Shown: one piece after another, positions 14,401-27,051 of the stretch
Numbering within the stretch: the first letter of the stretch is position 1
How the letters are laid out: each line of letters starts with the position of its first letter
Program-made: the position numbers and the translations under genes
DNA from: Auanema rhodensis
Taxonomy: Eukaryota > Animalia > Nematoda
Assembly (NCBI GenBank): GCA_964057225.1
Contig: OZ059899.1
Location: forward strand, 15,810,001 to 15,874,000
Reading direction: 5' to 3'
DNA: 64,000 bases
The notes under the pieces: model-generated
Told to the model about the DNA's origin: nothing
Seen by the model: only the letters and a program-made list of their open reading frames with translations
Database searches by the model: none

Positions 14401-17400
14401 GATATTGCTTTTCATGCCAACTACATAAGGTTAGTTGTGTGTTTCAATCTTGTATATATTATAATAAATTCTATTTTAATGTCAACGAATTTAATTAAAA
14501 TATTTGAAACAGTTACTTTGTTCTGTTCTTTTCTTTTCATATGTTGAAAAGTTGTTGAGAGAATTAACTACAAATTCATAAATAGAAATGACTATGATTT
14601 GATAAATCAACTATCGTTTTCAAACTCTTTACCCCGTTCTATGCTTTTTCCGAATTCTCTTATAATTCCAGTTTAAAAAAAAAGAAAAAGGAGTTAAGAA
14701 GTGAAGAAATAAGCCGGAAAAGGGAAAACAAATGGCACATGTTGATCTATTTTTATTAATTCCTTGACCGGGAAACCCATGAGAATTGGGCAGATAACTC
14801 ATAAGTTGGGAAAGCAACTTCAAATTTTCCTTTTCTGCTTTTTTAGTTTGTTTGCTACTCGTTTGATGCTTGCCCCGACTGAGATGGCTATCAGAATATA
14901 CTCAATCGCTAAGCTATTTTTCTTCAGCTGCTTAGCCTGGCTGATTTGCTCATGAGGAGCATAATCAAAGTTTTTCATCTCTCAAGATTCTTGTGATTTC
15001 AACAAGATGTTGATCCCCATTGACCAATTTTTTGAATGTTGTCGTATTAAAATGGGAAAAATAAGTACAGCACATGCATTATTGGTCTGTCCCGTACCTT
15101 TGCACTCCATTTCTTCCAAAAATGGCAAATGAAAATCGGAATAGTATGATCATCATGTTCTTTTACGTTTTCAATTTTTTTTTTGAATGAGCACGATTAT
15201 TCGTAGTCAAGAGCAGTTCTGATACCGGATTATTCCTCAGTTTTCCTAGTTAAAATCGGGTATATTATACATATGGAGGGAGATAGAGAGAGCGAGAGAG
15301 AGAGAGAGAGAATAGGCGCGCGGCAATGAGAGAGACAGAAATTGAAACGAAAGAGTTCTCTAAGTTGTGAACCAATGACTAACATCTCTATCTCTAGCAG
15401 TTCATAGCCATTTAAAGCTCTCTTTCTCTCTTTCTTTCAGTTCTCCTTTTCTTTGCCTTTAAAGCATAATTGGAAGGTTGTAGGAAGCTGAAAAATGAAA
15501 AGTAGGAGTGATCGAAATAGGAAAGAGAGTAGTAGTTCGATAGAGAGATATGAAAGAAAGAATAGCTTGTCGACTCCTTTTTGAGTGCTTCAAAAATCAA
15601 ATGAAGCTTCAATCCATAATCATACAGGGTGTACTGAAGTGAGAAAGGAAACATGAAAGAGGACATAGAAAGAGAAGACAAGAGAATTAAGAAAATAATG
15701 AAGTTGAGCTGTGATGAGATCAAACGCAACCTCGTTATGCATATGCGATTATAACATGACAGCCTCATGAGCTAACAGAGTTATTCAGATCTCCTGGCTA
15801 CTTAGCTTAGCCTTATTTTAGAAATATCTCAGTTTTACTCTTCAACACAAATAAGCCAAAGCAGTCTTGTCTGTCCTTCATTCTTCTCACCTATGGCCTC
15901 ATTCTTCGGTTCAATTTTGAGTTCTTTTTTTTGTGCTTCACACAGCTGCTCATTCCAATAACGAAATAAGGAAGCCTCGGGGTCAACAGCAGCACATCCT
16001 TCAAGCTGTTGGAAGTACGGAGTAGTAGATGGCCAATTGGACGACGACATCTATCAACTGACAAAGAATGAGAGAGATAAAGAAAATTGAAGAGAGATCT
16101 GGAAGAATCTTAGACTAAGATGTTTAGGAAAAGAACACGAATCCTAGAATCCAATCCAAGTGCTTCATAGAACAAAGGAACCTTTCCAGACGAAACATCC
16201 TCAGTACAATTTCTCTTGTTATCTTTCAATTCCCTTATATGTTCATCTCCCCCATTTTCTCCGACTTTCCTTCAACTTTTCCCTCCTCACCCTATATTTG
16301 CGTCAGATATATATATATATATATAATTCGAAATTCTTCAGGATGTAGGAAACCAAAAAAATTACTAAAAGAAAGCAAAGGAAGGGGTCAGGACTGAAAG
16401 CAAGAATAAAAAAATAGACAAGAAGAACGTGAAGAAAAAGAAATAGTAGCAGAGAGACACAAATAAAATCATTTAGTCTTGGAATCCCTGTCTTATACAA
16501 AGTAAAAAAATGACTGCAAGATACCAGCATCAGAAGAAAAACTAAATGAAGCAGACTTATTGCGCTTTTGACTTTTCCTCTCTCACTCTTCTCGAGCTTT
16601 CATGCCAGATTCGCCTGCCAATTAAGGATTATGGCTATGTTGTGACGAAGGATCTGCATCAGATACAAGACTTCAAGATTGGTTTTTTTCTTCCCTTTTT
16701 TCATCGCCAATGAACAACATCTCAGTAACTACAGCCAAGACCCCCTACGCTTCCTTTGTCGTAGATGCTGATGTCCTTATAAGCATGCGGATCGGAGGAG
16801 AATGATGATGGAGTTGAGGAGAATGATGATGAAGTTGAAGTTGCTACTTGATGCCATAAAGATGTTTTCGAAAGAAACAAAAAACATTTTACAGCGTAAC
16901 CAGTATCAACTTCTCAATCAAAGCAACAAGACTTGTATCCCTTTATCCTTTTGCATCATCTTATCTAGCTGTCTTCACCTTCTATTTAGATCTTCATTCT
17001 TCATTCTTCCTTCTTGACGTTTTCCCTGGTTGTGTGGAAAAAAAACGAATACGGAACGAATAAAAGAGGAATCAGAAGAAGTAAAACCTTCGTTTCAGTT
17101 AGATTGCGCTCTCTATTTCCCCCTTTTTATTCTCCTCTCTTCTATTTTTTTTGCCGTCTGGTCGACAGCGGGAGATGTATGAGGCTGGCTCTAGCAAGAA
17201 CCAGAAGAATTCGAGGATGGAAGAAGGAATAGAACGAAAAGCCTAAAAGACATAAGTTAGAAACAAAGACGGAGAGAACGAGTGAAACGAGGAGATGTTG
17301 GTGGAAGAAGGATTCAGGCATGGCCAGTAGTCAACTTCGGTGGCCGCTATGCTAGAACTTCTGGTGTTCGTTTTCAACCGTTTTGCTCTCTTCCCCTTTT

Positions 17401-20400
17401 ATATTTTCTAAGAATTAAGGAAGAAGGATAGAATGCCAATACAGATGCAACTGATCGACTTCATCTTTGACGACAACGATGAAGATGCCTTGGAAGCTGA
17501 ATAATCACGCTAGGTCTTTTAATCCTACTGAAAGTTAATTGCTCCCCGGCGTTCAGCAATGCTTCTTTCTTGAGAAAAATTGTCTCTGTTCATCAGATGC
17601 ACTCCATACTCACTGTTCAAAGAGAAAAATGAAGAAAGACAGAGCGACTCTTCCCTGCTCTACCCTCTCTTACAAATCTCTTCATTTCCATATTTGTACG
17701 CATTCCGGATGCGCCGTTTAAACGTCGCCTAAAAATGCTGACGACCATACACAAGGTTCAGAACGACCAGTACCACCCAAGGACAACGGAGAGAAGAATC
17801 TTGCTTCTTTATTCGTCGCTGTCGTCGTACTCTTCTTCATTCTCGTCATCGGCTTTATCGCACTCATATCCTCCTTACTCTTTTTTCTTGAATTCCTCCC
17901 TACCAACTACTTTTGATGGTGGCTAAAAAGAGAATAAAGTTTGAATTATGATAGCTATTACTAAAAACGGCCAGCACGGAACCCTCGAGACTGAGATGGA
18001 GTTTAGAAATGACATAAACGCGAAACTCTGAGACGATTGAAAAACAAAGTAGAAGTCACAATGTCCTTAGAACTTGACGTGCCTCAGGCTCACAAATCGA
18101 GCGACGGTCACATGCTCTTCATCAATTGAAACCCAAACTTGTTGATCATAATCTGGTAACACAACCCTCTCAATTCCAGTTTTTTGCGTCACTCCCTTTC
18201 TATTTATCTGTGGCATGCATTGAAATAAGAAGCAGTAGCAAGGGAGACAAGATGATGATGACGGTGCTACTGGTCGTGCTTTTGATGATCATTCCGATAT
18301 TTCTGATGATGACAGCACGAACTGCAGTAGTGTCGACATCAACGACATCACTAACAGCAACACATGAATAGGCTAAAGCGCAGAACAGCTATATCCGCGT
18401 ATACACACCATGACAATAGAATTGCGAGAGCTGAAGATGATGACGACAACGACGGCTGTGAACTTCACAACGTCAACGAGCAACAGAGATATATGAAGTA
18501 AACATAATCATCTTGTCGTTTTGAATCGGGACCATCTCATCTCGTGGTCTGAGAGAACAAAAGCCGGATTTCCAACATATTTTGCATCATATTCTCTATA
18601 CTCAAGCAATGTATAGTCTGCTGTGTCTTCATAGTCAGCATATATAGAAGAAAGGCGTAATGATGATGGTAGAGATATGAAATACACAGCCTACATAGTT
18701 CTTCTGGGGGTTTTGGGCGTATTATATCAAGTTGCTCCAATGCAACAACGGCCAGTAGGAAATGAAATCTTCCGAACGAGGTTGATTCAATTTGTCGGCT
18801 CTGGCCTCATATGGAAGTACTTCACGCATCGATCATTTTTCTTTCTGTGCTTCTGCCATCATCACATTTATTCTCTGCTTTTTCATAACTTTTTCCAACT
18901 TCGTCAATGGTCGATGTCTTTGTCATCGTCTCGTTTCTCTGTTCGGCTTTGGTTGGCATTTCTGGTACGGAATCTCCATGTAACACTTCTATTTTATCGT
19001 TTTACATGAAGAATGACAGGATAGAAACATGAACAGACAAAGCTCTTCATGCATCCTTCAGGTCGCAAAATTTGAACGACGATCAAGGATGCTGAAGACT
19101 AGTGAGAAGCATGGAGCACAAACGATTCTCATACCCGTAGATAGAATAAGTGGAGACACAGGGTGGAAGATATATATATACACATATAGTAAGGGGAAGC
19201 AAGAGATATGCATTATGGATGAGCATGAAAAAATAAAGAAAGCACTGACTACGTTCCCCAGATGGCCAGTAAGCTACCAAGCTTGGAAAAAATTTTCGTT
19301 GCATATCAGTCCCTAGAAAATCCATCTGGTCTCGGTGCATAGCAAGGACGAAAAACTATTTGACAATTTTGCTTCTAGAAAGAAATAAGAAAGAGAAAAT
19401 GGAGGCAAAGAAGAAGTAGAGGACGAAGTGAGAAATAAGCAGATATCTTTCCCAAAGCACATCGGGCAGCACCGCGAGAACGAAGACAGCTTGATAATGA
19501 GGAGGAATTGAACGATATTCGATCAAAGAATTTCTTTCGTACACGACTTCTCTACATGAACCTTGTACCCAAATATGGCTCTTTCGAATATCTTTTTTTC
19601 AGAAGCAAGACGGTAATCACATTAAACGAGTACTTCTTCTACTCGAACTATAGCTCTTTGTCCTTCGTTCACCTTGTATTTCTTGGCACCAAAATACAAA
19701 CAAAGAGTTTAAAAGGCAGGAATAGCAAGTCATCTCCTCTTGGTAGTCTACCCGCTTAATGAAGTTCGTCCTGTTGTTTTCACTCAGGCCGAGAAGGAGT
19801 AGGTAATGAAAGAAAGGCACTGTAATCGCGTGTAATCATGGGAAGTAGCAATATCTAATGCAAATCAACCACAATCCTCCAGATTCTTCTTCAAGAATCC
19901 TTGCTAATGTTCTCGATTTCAGCATAGTCATGTTCAACTATGCTTGCTTCACAAGAAAGATCCGATGGGTATAGATGATTGCTCACGTCGCCGTAGGGGA
20001 AAGTTTTATTAGAGAGCACTTGATGTCACATTGCTTTCATCGTAATGGCTTTTCGCCTAAGGATATGCTCGAAAATGCTTTCTACGAAAAGATGAACATA
20101 AACGGATTAGGTACGGTAGATTATGAAGTAAATGCCACATCAAATCTTTCTAGCATTCAACTTGACTGTCTGATTTCAATGCGCGAAATTGACCCGAGCA
20201 GCGAGTACACATCGAAGCTCAAGCTTTTACATAGACATAGCAAACAGACACGGAGAATTCAATCTAAGAATATTAGGCAGATTTGTCTTATTTATTCAAC
20301 ATTTCAGAATTTTTTTTAACAAAATGAGTGTAGGATAAGATATAAGAGAAAGGAGTATGAAAGATTCATATCTCTCTAGCTACCACTACCGACCCCATCA

Positions 20401-22231
20401 AAGCATGAGATCTCAAGCCTCCGAGAGCTCTTCATCTCATCACTTATCTCATTTTCTACCTCTTTTTTACTCTCTATCTCTCTCTCTCTCTCTAACTCAA
20501 TCTGCCAAGTAGCAAGAAATAGAAAGAGAAAGAAAACGAAGTGAAAGATGAAGAAGCAAAAGTAAGAAAGCTTCTATTCGTCACATTTGGAATAGATAAA
20601 AGGCGAAGTAAGATACCAAGAGAGCGACAAGTCAGTTTCTCTTCTGAAAACGCACATAATAACACCCAGAACGAAGAAAAGGCGTAAAATGCAGATAGAA
20701 AACGAAGTTTCTATTATGAAAAACTCTTGTTCTACTCTCTTTTTCGCTTAGACTTTCTTTCTCTTCAGCATTTTCCTACTCGTATGTTTTCCGGTGGCTA
20801 TATCAGGCGCACTGGGCTTGCTGAATAAGTAATAAAAACTAAAGATGGCTATTTTCCATGGGCTTCATCTTGAAAAGGCGGTAAGCTCATGAAAGCAACA
20901 GACATACACGTCTTACCACAATCAGATTAGTCATCTACTTCAATTCCGGATTTCTATTGTGAATTTAAAGACATTATAGGATTATAATAGAAGACTCCGA
21001 AATCTTAATCTCAGGTCAAATGAGTAGCAACAGCTGGCTGTCCAAAACCGTTTGACAGATGCGCTTACTTCCTAATAAGGTTTGGAACTCGGCTGACTTA
21101 TCTCATCCAATAGAAACATTCAGAGAAATCTTGCATATAAGATCACACAAATCTATTTGAAGAGCAGATATCAGTGTTGATTTAATGTTTTTTTGTTCTC
21201 TTTATAATTCTTTTTATAACTTCTAATACAGCGTGTTCTATTGACTTCTGGGATCACGAAATACATTTCCCAAAAGGAAAAGAAGCAGAAGAAGAATCAG
21301 CATCAGAAGAAGCAGCTCTACGAAATTAGCCAACTTAGTATGAGGAGGGGGAAGACGCGTCAACAGGCAGATAACCACATCTATTACAGCCGTACCCTCA
21401 GGGGACAGCATCCAGCATATCCGACGGTTAATCCCTCCGGCCAAACCCCAGCATCCCGAATGAAAATCTTATTTCGTGAAATCTCTAAACACTTCTCTAC
21501 AGGGCATGAAGTGCTGACAGATAGGCTTGCCAAGCATAAAATATCTTATTGAATATAGATAGATTAAGCATGAAAAAATTTGTAGAACCCTGATACAACG
21601 ACAAACGAAAGAGAGAGATAAAGTAAGATGTTCCCCTCTACCCTAGCTAGTTCATTCCACGGCATCTAAGATGTGAAATGAAAAAGAATAGAAAAAGAAG
21701 GCAAGATGATGAAAACATGCACAAGAGTACTTATATGGAGATGCTTGATATGGGATCTGAATTATGTCTCATAGTCAATGCAACTCAACTTATTAGAATC
21801 ACTTGTACATCAACAAATTGCTCGCCTAGAGGAAGTGAAAGCAAGACACTGGTGATCATTTCAATTCATACATGTAGGTGTTGATTCCTCATTTTCGCAG
21901 CTATTATACCAATAACGGCTCACACACATAGACTACTACCTCACACATAAATCCGAATTAACACATGCATATATGTGAAAATTAAAAAAAAATTTTAAAT
22001 TGTGAAAACTATACTTACCAGATCAGAAACAGCTAGTGAGAATATGAAGTAGTTAGATGGCTGGCGGATGTTCTTGTCTAGATAATAAGATAACAGAACA
22101 GCCAGATTTCCGATGACGGTGACGACGGATAGGACACCCATAAAGAAGGCCCACGCGATGACACCCAGCTCGTATAACCCGTCATCGGCCGTCGTCGTAC
22201 CATCAATCGGATCAACTGTAGCATTCAGCAT
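5434..22231 (-). CDS. gar-2: G-protein-linked (muscarinic-like) acetylcholine receptor GAR-2, multi-exon
   Basis: Approximate exons: 22231-22019 (TM1-2, [35 protein letters not shown]), 13399-13245 ([26 protein letters not shown]), 13198-13115, 13066-13015, 12965-12797 ([24 protein letters not shown]), 11639-11530, 9213-9031, 8789-8630 ([20 protein letters not shown]), 8219-8148, 7993-7927, 7872-7663, 7535-7500, 6515-6378 ([31 protein letters not shown]), 5583-5434 ([37 protein letters not shown]). Near-identical to the C. elegans GAR-2 sequence as I recall it. Confidence 0.95.
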
Positions 22232-22289
22232 CAAGTCGGGGGGCCTTCAGTCTTACATACGAACATACGTCTGTTAGAGGCGACATTAA

Positions 22290-22590
22290 AAGGCGTGCGC
22301 CCGTTAGTAGTCCGCACCCTCACTTCCTTTCCCCGCCCCTTCCTCTTCAGCTTATTACAAGGCTTTTGCGCGCCAACTTTTTAACCACGACCCCAAAATG
22401 GGCGTTTGAATTTCGCGCAACGACGCGTCGCGCACGATGAAATGCAGACCCGCGTCGCGTCGATGCTCCATGGAACTGCGAGGCAACCCGCACATATGAT
22501 GTACTGTGCGCGATAGGGCGCAAACGTAGCTTGGCAGGATGCCAAGCGAGAGAGACGCGCTGCGTGCTCCGTACGATGCGAGCGGTCATA
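22290..22590. promoter_or_regulatory. CpG-rich divergent promoter between gar-2 and cyclin T, with E2F/CHR-like motifs
   Basis: Sharp GC/CpG island in an AT-rich background between two head-to-head ATGs (22231 and 22776). Contains TTTTGCGCGCC (~22364) and GGGCG-TTTGAA-TTTCGCGC (~22400-22418). Confidence 0.65.
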
Positions 22591-22775
22591 TTTAACTTTG
22601 AATTTTTTCATGTAATTTTAATTTTTAATTATATAATTTATGCTTTTTCTATCGATCATACCCATTACGGAATCATGAGCTTTATATCTGATTCCATTAG
22701 TTTTGATTAATTTCGTTCTGTGTATACGTGTTTCGTGAATTGTTATTGGCATTACTCATCACTTGTAACAAAAGG

Positions 22776-25389
22776 ATGTCTTCCGCTCCTGGAACAAGCG
22801 TAGCTCAGCCCCAGGCGTATACTCCTCACAAATGGCTTTTCTCATCAGAGGAGGTAAGAATTAAACACAAAAAAATACTTTTCAACATTAAATTTAGATG
22901 AAAAAGACCAAGAGCGTTCAGGAGGGTTTTACTGAGGAGAAGGAGCTATACTACAGGCAGTTATCAACTAGATTTATCCAGGTTATGGTTGACAGACTAA
23001 ACGAGGCATACAAAGACAGAATGGGACTTATGTTAGTTAAATATATTTTGCTTCAAATATAAAATTATAAATTTTGAAGATCTCAGTACTGTATGTGTGC
23101 TGCCACAATACATATGCATAGGTTTTACTATTTTCATAGTTTTAATGTATTTGACTACCGGGTAATTCTTTTTGTATGTTTAATATATATTACATTTCAT
23201 CGTTCAGGATATTGCTGCTGCTTCACTGTTTCTTTCGGGGAAAAGTGAAGAGAGTCCCCGTAAGTTAGAAGATATAGTTCGAGTTTGGTGGGAGAAAAAA
23301 TATACCAAGCATCCTGTGATACCTCCACAGGTAAATATAGTGGCACTTTTCTTTAAAAAGTTTCAAATGATTTAGCACATTGCTGATGCAAAGGCATACA
23401 TAGTGCAATTGGAAAATGTGATACTTCATACCATAGGTACTATTTGGCTTGTTCAATTTAATATTTATAATTTGATTCAGCGTTTGATCTACAAGTGGAA
23501 CTTCCTCACCCTGTTGTATTGAATGTTATGCATCAAAGTGTTGGTCAGGCGGTTAATGGTTAGTTCCAATTATGCGCCCCGTTGTTTATTCAAGCTTCTA
23601 GATCATGGAAACAAAAAGCTCACTAAATGCGCATATTTCTTCGCAACTGATGTGTAAGTGATGCTGTACCTGTAGTGTATTAGAAATTAACTTTTTAGCC
23701 TCTGTGTGACGAATTGGGCCATACGATATTCTGCCGCTGCGATTGCTATCTGTTGTGTGCACATAGTTTGTGCTTGGTGTCGACATGAGGTGCTGCTTCC
23801 CTTTTGCCTTAAAATATCCTTAAGCGCAGGTCGTAGCGATGACTCGCGCCCGCGCTCGCTGAGCCCATCTTGTAAAGGTGTTTTTTAAGTATGCAAGGTT
23901 CGAGGTTCGCGCGCGGCTCATCGCTGCGAGACCAGCCAAGGTAATGGGCATGGGCTGGATGCGCTGAAGAATTAACTTATTTGTTTTATTTGGAGGTATG
24001 TGTAAGGCGGGGGGGTGCTTAGAAGCTGCCTTTGAGTGAGAATATTGCGCTTACTACACATACACAGGGTCAAAATTTACTTAAAAATTGAAATAAACAT
24101 ATTATAAAAACAGCCCATGAATCAACTATTGAATTTCAGATACCTAAGACACAAGATGGCAGTCACTGGTTCTCTAGAGCAGACCCCACAATGACAGAGG
24201 CTGTTCTAAAGGGTGTGTGCCTTGAGACTTTGTCTGCGATTGTGATTTTTTAGAAAACAAATTTTATGTCCTTTTTATTTATGTTTCTTTTTCAGAAATG
24301 GCTGATGAGTTTGTTCAAATTTATCATAGCTGCAAGGGAAAACTTGCGTTCCAAACAAGCAAATTTTTGCAATCTGGAACCTTTGGGGTATTTCAAACAG
24401 CCATGTTTTGAAAAATATGCAAATTATTTTCAGCCAGGACCATGTGTAACAGGGTCATCATCATCATCGACATCTAATGCCGTTCCTATTTCACCGACAC
24501 CACTTGTGGAGCCATTACCCCCTCCACCTCTTCCACCTTCAATTCCCAGAAAAGTTGATCTAAATGAGTACAAGGTACTCTTATTTCTTCTTGTCATGCT
24601 TTAAACTTTATCTTCCTTTTCAGGAGCGTGCGAAGATAACTCCTAAGGATGGCGATAAATCGAATTCGATGGAGAAGCCGAGAAAGAGCTTTATTCCCGA
24701 TACCTCACAAGTTGGAAAACTTCGGGAACTTCCAAATTTATCATTGCCTGGCATGGAACCTTTACAAAAAGGTATAATATAGCTAAATGACCTTATCTGA
24801 TATTATCATTTAGAACCAAAGAGAGATGATGAACGACGCAGGGAACAACGTGACAAGGATAAGGATCGTGAAAAGCGTAGGGAGGAGAAAGAAAGAAGGA
24901 GAGATGAGAAACCTGAAGATAGAGAGAGGCGACGTGAGGAGGAGAAACGGAAAAGAGAGCATGAGAGAAGTTCTGGTCACGGCAAAGATGGCTATGGAAG
25001 GTTTGTTATTCATCGTATTGTAGGGTAATGAATTTTTTCATTATTTTAGCTATAAAAAACCAAGAACTGAAAATATGCCCTCTTCGACACACCATTCAGT
25101 TAACACCAATGGTTACCATAAGGTGTGTGTAGAGTAGTGACACCTTTTCAATTTTGGCATCTAGGGACAACAGACATTACAATCTCGGGTGCCGAGTGAC
25201 AAATCTTTATCAAGTGCTCAACAAACAATTATGCCTCGACCAGCTAGTTTGGTTACACCTCCAAGGATTTCATTACCTCATGAACCAGCTGTAGCCTTAT
25301 CCCCCCCTCCCCCTGCTCCCTCATTAGTGCCACCTCCTCCACAGCCTCCTCAACATAATGAATTAGAGGATGGTGAAGTGGATGAATAA
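22776..25389 (+). CDS. cit-1: Cyclin T (P-TEFb subunit), cit-1 family
   Basis: Spliced peptide includes KWLFSSEE, AATIYMHRFYYFHSF, AAASLFLSGKSEESPRKLEDIV, QLENVILHTIAFDLQVELPHP, WAIRYSAAAIAICCVHIVCAW and IPKTQDGSHWF. It then has an R/E-rich and Pro-rich tail ending ELEDGEVDE*. Confidence 0.92.
23823..24069 (+). ncRNA. Structured intronic RNA element (long H/ACA-like RNA or cis-regulatory structure) in cyclin T intron 23790-24139
   Basis: Stems readable by eye: AGCGCA 23823-28 with TGCGCT 23960-65; TCGTAGCGATGA 23831-42 with TCATCGCTGCGA 23918-29; CCAGCC 23932-37 with GGCTGG 23953-58; GTATGTGTA 23996-24004 with TACACATAC 24055-63, followed directly by ACA (24064-66). Confidence 0.65.
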
Positions 25390-25748
25390 TTATATTGTAT
25401 TAATAATACTTCTTAGATAATCTATAGAAATTTTATATATTTGTGATACGACTGTATCGTTCAAGTGAAATTGACTTCGGGTATTGTAAGATATGGTCTT
25501 TGCTAGAGCATCATCGTAGTAATATTTTGTTGTAATTATCTGGTGTTTTCCAAAAATCTCAAAAAAAAATACGAGTTAACTCTTAATTAAAAAAAATAGA
25601 TATTCACTTTTGGAAATCTTTTTTTCAATCTTGTAATTATTCATTGCAGCTCTTTCCACAACGATCTTTTTCGACCCATTGTTATGTTTCTTTGTTGTTT
25701 ATTATCAACATGAAATCTGAATATAAATCTGAAAATGTTAAACAGGTT

Positions 25749-26632
25749 CTAGACATTCCATGACAGAATCGCTATTAACATGCTTATCACAACCACTCTT
25801 GTCACATGCTGATTCGACGACGACGAAGTTCTGAATGCGTACGTAGTCTGATAGGGCGATACGTCACCAAAAGCGCTTTGTGCCTGCTCAGCGAACACCT
25901 GAACATAATTAAATATTTAAAGGAAAACTACCAAATTCATAATTTCTCGTAAAAGAGAATAAGTTTGTGAGATAAAATATATTACCCTAGGATGATTGCA
26001 ATTTCCACCTTTGCAGCAACAAAAATAACATGGGCCCGACGGTGTATTTACCTAAGAATACGAAGGTTTAAACCTGGCACGAATTAATCAAGAAAGCTGC
26101 AAACCATATTGCATCCTTGTTGATTGATTGACAAAGCACTGTCACCACATGTTGGCATACCAATTTGTTGAGAAAATGATGAAGCACATCCGAAATTGGC
26201 TAAGTTGCTCGTAGGGTGGTATCTACAAGAGTATGATTCAATGAATAATGTAATGTAATCTTGGTTGATCTATTTGCCTCCACATTCACATGTTGAAGCA
26301 GGCTACTGCTTTATACATCTTAAATTAGCTATTTTCACCAGCTGAACCCAAGAAGGACAACGATATAGACACACAAAAAAATAAAAGCAGAGTATAAGGG
26401 ATTGCTTACGTGACAGCACACCAATCACTCAATCCATCTTGAGCGCATTTTTGGTTATAAAATGTTGGAGCACCACCAGAATATGAGCCTAATAATATGG
26501 ATAAGGAGTTAAAAAAGGAATTGGGAATAAAAACATACCCGAATAGCAGTTACCAGGACCCTGAGGAAGGCATCCCAATGCTTTATGAAACACTAATAGT
26601 AATGGGACCAATAAAAAGCTAATAAAAGACAT
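25749..26632 (-). CDS. Secreted, probably GPI-anchored Cys-rich protein (Ly6/three-finger-like)
   Basis: Signal peptide MSFISFLLVPLLLVFHKALG; five exons; C-terminal CYFCCCKGGNCN motif; Ser-rich spacer and hydrophobic tail VVVISMLIAILSWNV*. Confidence 0.8.
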
Positions 26633-27051
26633 CCTACAGTTCATTCCTTGTTATCTCCAAGGAAAATTATAAAATCTTGGATAACTATATTGAGAAAAGA
26701 AGTGAAATAGCTGGTGACTAGGAGCTGCCGATCGTATGTAGAAAAGGTATTGTTATAACCAGGTCCTATAGAATTGTAAGCTTGTGTGAATCAGCCCAAC
26801 AAACACCATTCTTGGTCCTGTATCTATATAATTCGTTTCTTCTATGAATAGTACAACATGTAGTCGAGAATAGCCATGAGGCAAAGTTTAGTGCAAGAGC
26901 AAAAAATTCTGAAAAGAGGCTATGAAGGGTGTTCCATAGTCTCTCTTACAAAAGGCCAAGAGTAAAAGAGAAGGAGACAACGATATATCATGAAAATTGA
27001 GTCCTGCGATATGTTTTCTGTTTATGGTTATTCAATTGTATTTCTTACTCT

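Noticed and set aside
17317-17354. Hairpin with a C(UUCG)G tetraloop
   Set aside because: Short and imperfect, with no promoter, box motifs or terminator; compatible with chance.
17722-17915. Open frame ending in a TM-like segment ([30 protein letters not shown]) in gar-2 intron 1
   Set aside because: Bounded by a stop, with no ATG or good acceptor. CT-rich low-complexity DNA yields hydrophobic translations by chance.
18677-19009. ORF starting with a signal-peptide-like [20 protein letters not shown], antisense in gar-2 intron 1
   Set aside because: No trans-splice site, no downstream exon structure and no recognisable domain.
22347-22611. Arg/Ala-rich ORFs upstream of gar-2
   Set aside because: A by-product of the CpG-rich promoter.
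23790-24069. Telomerase RNA identity for the cyclin T intronic element
   Set aside because: No ~1.5-repeat template for TTAGGC (only a single GCCTTA and a CCTTAA repeat at ~23806-23823), and only ~33 nt lie upstream of the first structured domain, too little for a template plus pseudoknot. Revisit only if the species has an atypical telomere repeat.
26224-26408. Two weak hairpins in the longer intron of the Ly6-like gene (possible H/ACA RNA)
   Set aside because: No properly placed H or ACA boxes on the host strand; stems are AU/GU-rich.
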